From NCBI RefSeq assembly GCF_047663525.1, contig NC_092617.1, positions 5,511,550 to 5,575,549 of the forward strand: a stretch of DNA of 64,000 nucleotides. Reading direction: 5' to 3'. The stretch's first letter is position 1. Each line of letters starts with the position of its first letter. Source of the stretch: Anas platyrhynchos. Taxonomy: Eukaryota. A program made the translations under genes and the position numbers. Of this stretch, positions 12,245 to 21,699 are shown piece by piece. The notes below the pieces were generated by a model that had not been told where the DNA came from, ran no database searches, and worked only from the letters and a program-made list of their open reading frames with translations.

Positions 12245-12420
12245 TCCCACATCCAACACTTCCGGGGCCTCCTCCTGCACCCACTGGCCCCAAAAACGCC
12301 CGAAATTAACCCAAAATGGTCCGGGGGGGGAACCCGGAAAAAGACGGATAGAGGTTGTCCAGAAACAATCCCAAAAATCGCCCCAAAATGTCCCAAATCC
12401 TAGAAATGGCCCAAATCCTA
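12245..12420 (-). pseudogene. Duplicated APEX1 middle-exon 5' edge (acceptor, ~31 nt of exon WVQEEAPDV, ~150 nt of upstream intron), copy 1 of 6
   Basis: cccacatccaacacttccggggcctcctcctgcacccactggccccaaaaacgcccgaa matches the original at 11430-11500. Minus ORFs end …WVQEEAPEVLDVGFGGDL. Confidence 0.8.
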
Positions 12421-12954
12421 TAAATATCCCAAATCCTATAAAAATCCCAAATCCCATAAATATCCCAAATCCTATAAATACCCCAAAATCCCATAAATAA
12501 ACCCCAAAACCCCCGAAATCCCCGAAATCCCGCAAATCCCATAAATTCCAACCCCATAAATCCCCCAAAACCCTAAAAATCCCCCCCAAATCCCATAAAT
12601 CCCCCAAAATCCCATAAATTCCAATCCCATAAACCCCCCAAAACCCCATAAATAAACCCCAAATCCCCCCAAAACCCAGAAATCCCCCAAATCCCATAAA
12701 TTCCAATCCCATAAATCCCCCAAAACCCTATAAATCCCCCCCAAATCCCATAAATCCCCCAAAATCCCATAAATAAACCCCAAATCCCATAAATCGCCCC
12801 AAATCCCATAAATTGCCCCAAATCCCCCAAATTCCAATCCCATAAATCCCCCAAAAAAACATAAATAAACCCCAAATCCCCCCAAAACCCATAAATCACC
12901 CCAAATCCCCAAAATCCCAATCCCATAAATCCCCCAAAACCCTATAAATCCCCC

Positions 12955-13140
12955 CCAAATCCCACATCCAGCACGTCCGGGGCCTCCTCCTGCACCCACT
13001 GGCCCCAAAAACGCCCGAATTTAACCCAAAATGGTCGGGGGGGAACACCCGGAAAAAGACGGATAGAGGTTGTCCAGAAACAATCCCAAAAATTGCCCCG
13101 AAATGTCCCAAATCCTAGAAATAACCCAAATCCTATAAAA
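12955..13140 (-). pseudogene. Duplicated APEX1 middle-exon 5' edge, copy 2
   Basis: ORF 12942..13190 (-) ends [18 protein letters not shown]. Confidence 0.8.
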
Positions 13141-13624
13141 ACCCTAAATCCTATAAATATCCCAAATCCCATAAATACCTCAAATCCCATAAATACCCTA
13201 AAACCTCATAAATACCCCAAAATCCCATAAAGAAACCCCAAACCCCCCCAATTTCCCCAAATCCCAGAAATCCCGCAAATCCCATAAATTCCAATCCCAT
13301 AAATCCCCCAAAACCCTAAAAATCCCCCCCAAATCCCATAAATCCCCCCAAATCCCATAAATTGCCCCAAATCCCCCAAATTCCAATCCCATAAATCCCC
13401 CAAAACCCTAAAAATCCCCCCCAATTTCCCCAAATCCTATAAATCACCCCAAATCCCATAAATCGCCCCAAATCCCATAAATTGCCCCAAATCCCATAAA
13501 TTCCAATCCCATAAATCCCCAAAAACCCCCTAAATAAACCCCAAATCCCCCCAAAACCCATAAATCGCCCCAAATCCCATAAATCCCAATCCCATAAATT
13601 CCCCAAAACCCTATAAATCCCCCC

Positions 13625-13800
13625 CAAATCCCACATCCAGCACGTCCGGGGCCTCCTCCTGCACCCACTGGCCCCAAAAACGCCCGAATTTAACCCAAAA
13701 TGGTCAGGGGGGAACACCCGGAAAAAGACGGACAGAGGTTGTCCAGAAACAATCCCAAAAATTGCCCCAAAATGTCCCAAATCCTAGAAATAACCCAAAT
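13625..13800 (-). pseudogene. Duplicated APEX1 middle-exon 5' edge, copy 3
   Basis: Sequence cacgtccggggcctcctcctgcacccactggcc at ~13640. Confidence 0.75.
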
Positions 13801-14139
13801 CCTATAAAAACCCCAAAACCCTATAAATCCCCCAAATCCCATAAATAAACCCCAAATACCCCCAAATCCCATAAATCGCCCCAAATCCCCCAAATTCCAA
13901 TCCCATAAACCCCCCAAAACCCTAAAAATCCCCCCAAATCCCATAAATACCCCAAAATCCTATAAATCACCCCCAAATCCCATAAATTCCCCCAAATCCC
14001 CCAAATTCCAATCCCATAAATCCCCCAAAAAAACATAAATAAACCCCAAATCCCCCCAAAACCCATAAATCACCCCAAATCCCCAAAATCCCAATCCCAT
14101 AAACCCCCCAAAACCCTACAAATCCCCCCCAAATCCCAC

Positions 14140-14300
14140 ATCCAGCACGTCCGGGGCCTCCTCCTGCACCCACTGGCCCCAAAAACGCCCGAAATTAACC
14201 CAAAATGGTCGGGGGGGAACACCCGGAAAAAGACGGATAGAGGTTGTCCAGAAACAATCCCAAAAATTGCCCCAAAATGTCCCAAATCCTAGAAATAACC
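14140..14300 (-). pseudogene. Duplicated APEX1 middle-exon 5' edge, copy 4
   Basis: ORF 14116..14583 (-) ends [18 protein letters not shown]. Confidence 0.8.
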
Positions 14301-14754
14301 CAAATCCTATAAAAACCCCAAATCCTATAAATATCCCAAATCCCATAAATACCCCAAAATCCCATAAATAAACCCCAAATCCCATAAGTTGCCCCAAATC
14401 CCATAAATTCCAACCCCATAAACCCCCCAAAACCCTATAAATAACCCCCAATTTCCCCAAATCCCATAAATTGCCCCAAATCCCCCAAATTCCAATCCCA
14501 TAAATCCCCCAAAACCCTAAAAATCCCCCCCAATTCCCCCAAATCCCATAAATCACCCCAAATCCCATAAATTCCAATCCCATAAATCCCCCAAAACCCT
14601 AAAAATCCCCCCAAATCCCATAAATCGCCCCAAATCCCATAAATTGCCCCAAATCCCCCAAATTCCAATCCCATAAATCCCCCAAAACCCTAAAAATCCC
14701 CCCCAATTTCCCCAAATCCCATAAACCCCCCCAAACCCTATAAATCCCCCCCAA

Positions 14755-14930
14755 ATCCCACATCCAGCACGTCCGGGGCCTCCTCCTGCACCCACTGGCC
14801 CCAAAAACGCCCGAAATTAACCCAAAATGGTCCGGGGGGAACACCCGGAAAAAGACGGATAGAGGTTGTCCAGAAACAATCCCAAAAATTGCCCCGAAAT
14901 GTCCCAAATCCTAGAAATGGCCCAAATCCT
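14755..14930 (-). pseudogene. Duplicated APEX1 middle-exon 5' edge, copy 5
   Basis: ORF 14738..15517 (-) ends [18 protein letters not shown]. Confidence 0.8.
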
Positions 14931-15469
14931 ATAAAAACCCTAAATCCCATAAATGTCCCAAATCCCATAAATACCCCAAAATCACATAAATACCCCAAAA
15001 TCCCATAAATAAACCCCAAATCCCCCCAAATCCCATAAATCCCAGAAATTCCAATCCCATAAATCCCCCAAAACCCTATAAATCCCCCACAAATCCCATA
15101 AATACCCCAAAATCCCATAAATAAACCCCAAATCCCATAAATCACCCCAAATCCCATAAATCGCCCCAAATCCCCCAAATTCCAATCCCATAAATCCCCA
15201 AAAACCCCATAAATAAACCCCAAATCCCATAAATCCCATAAATCGCCCCAAATCCCATAAATTCCAATCCCATAAATCCCCAAAAACCCTAAAAATCCCC
15301 CCCAATTTCCCCAAATCCCATAAATCACCCCAAATCCACCCCAAAATCCCATAAATAAACCCCAAATCCCATAAATAAACCCCAATTCCCCCAAATCCCA
15401 TAAATCGCCCCAAATCCCCCAAATTCCAATCCCATAAACCCCCCAAAACCCTATAAATCCCCCCCAAAT

Positions 15470-15650
15470 CCCACATCCAGCACGTCCGGGGCCTCCTCCT
15501 GCACCCACTGGCCCCAAAAACGCCCGAATTTAACCCAAAATGGTCGGGGGGGAACACCCGGAAAAAGACGGATAGAGGTTGTCCAGAAACAATCCCAAAA
15601 ATTGCCCCGAAATGTCCCAAATCCTAGAAATGGCCCAAATCCTATAAAAA
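15470..15650 (-). pseudogene. Duplicated APEX1 middle-exon 5' edge, copy 6
   Basis: ORF 15451..15942 (-) ends [18 protein letters not shown]. Confidence 0.8.
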
Positions 15651-16439
15651 CCCTAAATCCTATAAATATCCCAAATCCCATAAATCCCCCAAAATCCCAT
15701 AAATAAACCCCAAATCCCATAAATCGCCCCAAATCCCATAAATCGCCCCAAATCCCATAAATTCCCCCAAATCCCCAAAACCCATAAACCCCCAAAGCCC
15801 CCAAATTCCCCAAATCCTCCCAAATTCCCTCAAAATCCCCCAAACCCCCAAAACCCCATAAATTCCCCAAAACCCCAAAACCCCATAAATTCCCCAAAAC
15901 CCCATAAATTACCCCAAACCCACAAAACCCCCCAAAAAACATAAATTACCCCAAAATCCCCAAAACCCCATAAATAACCCTAAAATCCTCAAAACCCCAT
16001 AAACCCCCAAATCCCCTAAAACCCCCAAAACCTATAAATTCCCATAAACCCCCAAAAAAACATAAATTCCCCCCAAACCCCCAAAACCCCCAAAACCCCA
16101 TAAATTACCCCAAAATCCCCAAAACCCCATAAACCCCCCAAATTCCATAAACCCCCAAACCCCATAAATTCCCCCAAACCCCAAAAACCCCATAAAACCC
16201 CTAAATCCCCCAAAACCCCAAACTTCCCCCAAAATCTCCAAAACGCCCTAAATCCCCCAAAACCCCAAAAACCCCATAAATTCCCCCAAACCCCAAAAAC
16301 CCCATAAACCCCCCAAATCCCCTAAACCCCCAAAACCCCCAAAACCCCATAAATTCCCTCAAACCCCAGAATCCCCATAATTGTCCCAAAACCCCCAAAA
16401 CCCCCAAAACCCCCTAAATCCCCCAAAACCCCAAAATCC

Positions 16440-17440
16440 CCCTTTTTCACCCCAAATCCTATAAACCCCATAAATCCCCTAAATCCTTTCCCCCCCCAAA
16501 CCCCCCTCAAACCCTTGAATCCCCCCCCAACCCCCACCCCCCTTAACCCCCCCTTCCCCCCCCAACCCTTCCAATTGTGAAACCGCCCGAATTTGCCCAA
16601 AATCCCCCTTTTTCACCCCAAATCCTATAAACCCCATAAATCCCCTAAATCCCCTAAATCCTTTACCCCCCCCAACCCCCCTTAAACCCCCCAAACCCCC
16701 CAGCCCCCACCCCCCTTAACCCCCAGCTCCCCCCCTTTCCCCCCCAAATCCCAAACCCCCCAAATTTGCCCAAAATCCCCCTTTTTCACCCCAAATCCTA
16801 TAAACCCCAAAATCCCCTAAATCCTTTACCCCCCCCAAACCCCCTTAAACCCCCCTAAACCCCCCCAAAACCCCACCCCCCTTAACCCCCAGCTCCCCCC
16901 CAACCCCTCCAATTGTGAAACCGCCCGAATTTGCCCAAAATCCCCCTTTTTCACCCCAAATCCTATAAACCCCCAAAATCCCCTAAATCCTTTACCCCCC
17001 CCAAACCCCCCTTAAACCCCCTAAACCCCCCCAACCCCCACCCCCCTTAACCCCCAGCTCCCCCCCTTTCCCCCCTGAATCCCAAACCACCCAAATTTGC
17101 CCAAAATCCCCCTTTTTCACCCCAAATCCTATAAACCCCCCAAATCCCCTAAATCCTTTCCCCCCCCAAAAACCCCCTTAAACCCCCTAAACCCCCCCAA
17201 AACCCCACCCCCCTCACTCCTCCCTTCCCCCCCTTTCCCCCCCAGCCCCGAAACCGCCCGAATTTGCCCAAAATCCCCCTTTTTCGCCCCAAATCCTATA
17301 AACCCCAAAATCCCCTAAATCCTTTACCCCCCCCAAACCCCCTTAAACCCCCCTAAACCCCCCAACCCCCACCCCCCTTAACCCCCCCTTCCCCCCCCAA
17401 CCCCTCCAATTGTGAACCCGCCCGAATTTGCCCAAAATCG
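16440..17440. repeat. Tandem repeat with a ~165-170 bp unit, 6 copies, derived from the intron flank next to the APEX1 first-coding-exon donor
   Basis: Each unit carries ccgcccgaatttgcccaaaatccccctttttcaccccaaatcctataaacc. This matches the genuine intron 5' end at 17406-17470 (ccgcccgaatttgcccaaaatcgcggtttttcgccccaaaacctacctgcag), but the GT donor is degenerate in the copies. Confidence 0.8.
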
Positions 17441-17463
17441 CGGTTTTTCGCCCCAAAACCTAC

Positions 17464-17610
17464 CTGCAGCCCCCCCTTTTTGATCCAGGCCCGCAGCCCC
17501 CCCACGTTCCAGGACGCCAGGCGCAGCGACGCCGCCGCCCCCCCCGGGGACAGCGCCCGCACGGGGGGGTCCTCGTAGGGACACGGCGACGGGGGGCGCT
17601 TCGGGGGCAC
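17464..17610 (-). CDS. APEX1: APEX1 first coding exon ([M/V][48 protein letters not shown])
   Basis: Donor CAG|GTAGGT at minus 17464/17463. Aligns to human MPKRGKK…[41 protein letters not shown]. The codon at the conserved Met position is GTG (plus 17608-17610), preceded by tatcccccc-AG, so the 5' boundary and the start codon are unresolved. Confidence 0.7.
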
Positions 17611-18830
17611 TGGGGGGATACTGGGAGTTACTGGGAGGCACTGGGAGGGGACTGGGAGGGGACTGGGATAAACTGGGAGGGGGTTTGGGGAGATTTGGGG
17701 GGGATTTGGGGGATTTTAGGGGGATTTTAGGGGGGATTTAGGGGATTTTGGGGGGTTTTAGGGGACTGGGATGTACTGGGAGGGAACTGGGAGATACTGG
17801 GAGGGGACTGGGAGGGGACTGGGATAGACTGGGATAAACTGGGAGGGACTGGGAGAGGTTTTGGGGGCGTTTTGGGGGGGATTTGGGGGATTTTGGGGGG
17901 TTTTGGGGCACTGGGATGTACTGGGATATACTGGGAGGGGACTGGGATATACTGGGAGTGAACTGGGAGGCACTGGGATAAACTGGGAGGGGACTGGGGG
18001 GCACTGGGATAAACTGGGAGGGGTTTTGGGGGGGGTTTCAGGGGGTTTTGGGGGGGTTTAGGGGGATTTTAGGGGATTTTGGGGGGTTTTAGGGGACTGG
18101 GATGTACTGGGAGGGGACTGGGAGATACTGGGAGGGGACTGGGGTATACTGGGATATACTGGGAGGGACTGGGAGGGGGTTTGGGGGGCGTTTTGGGGGG
18201 GATTTGGGGGATTTTAGGGGGATTTTAGGGGGTTTTGGGGCACTGGGAGGGGACTGGGAGATACTGGGAGGTGACTGGGATATACTGGGAGGAGACTGGG
18301 GTATACTGGGATATACTGGGAGTGAACTGGGAGGGGACTGGGAGGGACTGGGGGGCACTGGGAGGGACTGGGAGGGGACTGGGAGGCACTGGGAGGGACT
18401 GGGAGGGGACTGGGAGGGGACTGGGAGGCACTGGGAGGGGACTGGGAGGGACTGGGAGGCACTGGGAGGGCACTGGGAGGGCACTGGGAGGGGACTGGGA
18501 GGGACTGGGAGGGGACTGGGAGGCACTGGGAGGGACTGGGAGGGACTGGGAGGGACTGGGAGGGGACTGGGAGGCACTGGGAGGGACTGGGAGGGGACTG
18601 GGAGGGACTGGGAGGGGACTGGGAGGCACTGGGAGGGACTGGGAGGAGACTGGGGGGCACTGGGAGGGGACTGGGAGGCACTGGGAGGGGACTGGGAGGG
18701 ACTGGGAGGCACTGGGAGGGACTGGGAGGCACTGGGAGGGGACTGGGAGGCACTGGGAGGGACTGGGAGGCACTGGGAGGGGACTGGGAGGGGACTGGGA
18801 GGGGACTGGGAGGCACTGGGGGGGGGCAGT
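17611..18830. repeat. Satellite with a ~10-11 bp unit GGGACTGGGAG, same family as 1-460
   Basis: gggactgggagg/gggcactgggagg reiterated about 110 times. Long repeat-translation ORFs on both strands (for example the PSP-rich 207-aa minus ORFs). Confidence 0.9.
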
Positions 18831-18839
18831 GGGAGGAGC

Positions 18840-21180
18840 CCCCTCCCAGTGCCCCGTACTGGTTCCTACTGGTCCCTGCTGGTCCCCACCAGTCCCTACT
18901 GGTTTATACTGGTCTATTTATACTGGTCTATACTGGTTTATACTGGTCTATACTGGTTTATACTGGTCTATACCAGTCCCTACCAGCCCATACTGGTCCC
19001 CACTGGTTCCTGCTGGTTTATACTGGTCTACTTATACTGCTTTACACTGGTCTATACTGGTTTATACTGGTCTGTACTGGCCCATACTGGTCCCTACTGG
19101 TCCCCACCAGTCCCTACTGGTTTATACTGGTCTATTTATACTGGTTTATATTGGTTTATACTGGTATATGCTGGTCTGTACTGGTTTATACAGATCTATA
19201 CTGGCCTGTACTGGACCATACTGGCCCATACTGGTCCATAATGGTCCATACTGGTCTATTTATACTGGTCTATACTGGTCTATACTGGTTTATACTGCTC
19301 TATACTGGTTTATATTGGTCTATACCAGTCCGTACTGGTCCATACTGGTCTCCACTGGTCCCTACTGGTCCATAATGGTCTATTTAAACTGGTTTATACT
19401 GGTCTGTACTGGTTTATACTGGTCTATACCAGCCCGTACCGGCCCATACTGGTCTATACTGGTCCCCCCCACCCCATACTGGTCCCTACTGGTCTATAAT
19501 GGTCTATCCTGGTCTATTTATACTGGCTTATACTGGTTTATACTGGTCCATACCTGCCTGTATCAGTCCCTACTGGTCCCTACTGGTTTATACTGGTCTA
19601 TTTATACTGGGGTATACTGGTTTATACTGGCTTATACTGGTCTAAACTGGTCCATACCGGTCCCTACCGGTCCCCACTGCCCCATACTGGTCCCTACTGG
19701 TCCCTACTGGTCTATTTATACTGGTTTATACTAGTCTATACTGGTTTATACTTGTTCATACTGGTCTATACTGGTTTATAGTGGTCTATACCAGCCTGTA
19801 CCGGTCCCTACTGGTCTATACTGGTCTATTTATACTGGCTTATACTGGTATATACTGGTCTGTACTGGTTTATACTGGCTCGTACTGGCCCGTACTGGTC
19901 CCCACTGGTCTATACTGGTCCCTACTGGTCAATACTGGTCCATTTATACTAGTCTATACTGGTTTATACTGGTCTGTACCGGTTTATAGTGATCTATACT
20001 GGCCCGTACTGGCCCATACTGGTCTATACTGGTCCCCCCTGCCCCATACTGGTCCCTACTGGTCCATTTATACTGGTTTATACTGGTCGATACCGGCCCA
20101 TACTGGTCTATTTATACTGGTTTCTACTGGTCCATACTGCTCTATACTGGTTTATACTGGTCGATACCGGCCCGTACCAGTCCCTACTGGTCCATAATGG
20201 TCCATACTGGTCTACTTATACTGGTCTATACTGGTTTATACTGGTTTATACTGTCTTTTACTGCTCTATACTGGTTTATACCGGCCCGTACCGGTCCCTA
20301 CTGGTCCCTACTGGTCTATACTGGTCTACTTATACTGGTTTATACTGGTATATACTAGTCTGTACTGGTTTATACTGGTCTAAACCGGTCCGTACTGGCC
20401 CATACTGGTCCCTACTCATCAATACTGGTTTATATTGGTCTATTTATACTGGTCTATTTATACTGGTTTATACTGGTTTGTACTGGCTTTTAGTGCTCTA
20501 TACTGGTTTATACTGGTTGATACCGGCCCGTACCGGTCCCTACTGGTCCCTACTGTTCCATACTGGTCTACTTATACTGGTTTATACTGGTTTATACTGG
20601 TTTGTACTGGTTTAAAGTGATCTATACTGGCCCGTACTGGTCCATACTGGTTCCTACTGATCCATACTGGTATATACTGGTCTATTTATACTGGTCTATG
20701 CTAGTTTATACTGGTCTATACTGGTCTGTACTGGTTTATACTGGTCTAAACCGGTCTGTACTGGCCCGTACTGGTCCCTACTGGTCCATAGTGGTCCATA
20801 CTGGTCTACTTATACTGGTCTATACTGGTCTATGCTGGTTTATACTGGTCTATACTGGTCTGTACTGGCTTATACTGGTCTAAACCGGTCTGTACTGGCC
20901 CATACTGGTCCCTACTGGTCTACTTATACTGGTTTATACTGGTTTATACTGGTTTATACTGGTCTGTACTGGTTTATACTGGTCTAAACCGGTCTGTACT
21001 GGCCCATACTGGTCCCTACTGATCCATACTGGTCTATAATGGTCTATTCATACTGGTTTATACTGGTCTATACTGGTTTATACTGGTCTATACTGGTTTA
21101 TACTGGTTATACCGGCCCATACCGGTCCCTCCCGCTCCCCCCCGCCCCACACCGGCCCATACTGGTTTATACTGGTTTAT
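18840..21180. repeat. Satellite with a 10-bp unit TACTGGTCTA / TACTGGTTTA, ~2.3 kb
   Basis: Direct reiteration. Shares the ACTGG core with the flanking GGGACTGGGAG satellite. Occasional ~9-bp variants (tatttatactgg). Confidence 0.9.
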
Positions 21181-21575
21181 ACTGGTCCATACTGGTCGCA
21201 CTCACCCTCCTTGTCCCCGCCGTTCTCCTTCCGGGCTCGCTTGGGCATGGCTCCTCGTGGCCCCGCCCCCTGCGCGCCCCGCAGCCAATCAGCGCCCGCC
21301 GCGGGGAGCCCGGAGCCAATCAGCGCCCGCCGCGGGCCGGGCCCGGAGCCAATCAGCGGCGGCCGCGCGCGGGGGGCCCGGAGCGTGGCGCGCGGCGGCG
21401 GCGGCCGGAAGCGGAAGCGAGCGAGGGCCGGAAGCGGAAGCGCCTCAAACCGGAAGGGGAGGAGCTTCGAACCCGGAAGCGGAAGCGGAGAAGCTCCGGA
21501 GGCGGCGGAGGAGGCGGCGGAGCGGCGCGGGAGGCGGCGGTGACGTCAGAAGTGACGTCAGAAGTGACGTCAGCG
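21180..21575. promoter_or_regulatory. Bidirectional CpG-island promoter for OSGEP (+) and APEX1 (-): GC box, three NF-Y CCAAT boxes, ETS (CCGGAAGC) repeats, three tandem CRE (TGACGTCA) sites next to the OSGEP ATG, and a minus-strand splice donor
   Basis: ccccgccccc at 21261. gcagccaatcagcg at 21285, 21316 and 21349. ccggaagcggaagcg repeated at 21405-21490. tgacgtca at 21541, 21553 and 21565. Minus-strand AGG|GTGAGT donor (plus ctcaccct, 21201-21208) facing APEX1. Confidence 0.7.
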
Positions 21576-21690
21576 ATGCCGACGGTGCTGGGGCTGGAGG
21601 GCTCGGCCAACAAGGTGGGGGCGGGGCTGGTGCGCGACGGCCGCGTCCTCAGCAACCGCCGCGCCACCTACGTCACGCCCCCCGGGCACG
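21576..21690 (+). CDS. OSGEP: OSGEP (Kae1/TsaD family, KEOPS t6A tRNA threonylcarbamoyladenosine transferase) exon 1
   Basis: ATG at 21576. [38 protein letters not shown](G), versus human [39 protein letters not shown]. Donor G|GTGAGC, phase 1. Confidence 0.92.
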
Positions 21691-21699
21691 GTGAGCGGA

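Larger units (their letters stand above)
11500..16440. repeat. C-rich satellite with a ~20-bp unit CCCAAATCCCATAAATCGCC, ~4.9 kb, in APEX1 intron 1
   Basis: Direct tandem reiteration. It contains six embedded copies of the acceptor side of the APEX1 middle exon. Confidence 0.9.

Noticed and set aside
17353-17641. ORF-track start codons (M) at 17610 and for the APEX1 terminal exon (MVTAEF… at 5194).
   Set aside because: Both are GTG codons reported as M by the ORF caller. 5194 is internal to an exon (Val), not a start. 17610 is discussed as an unresolved start rather than accepted as ATG.
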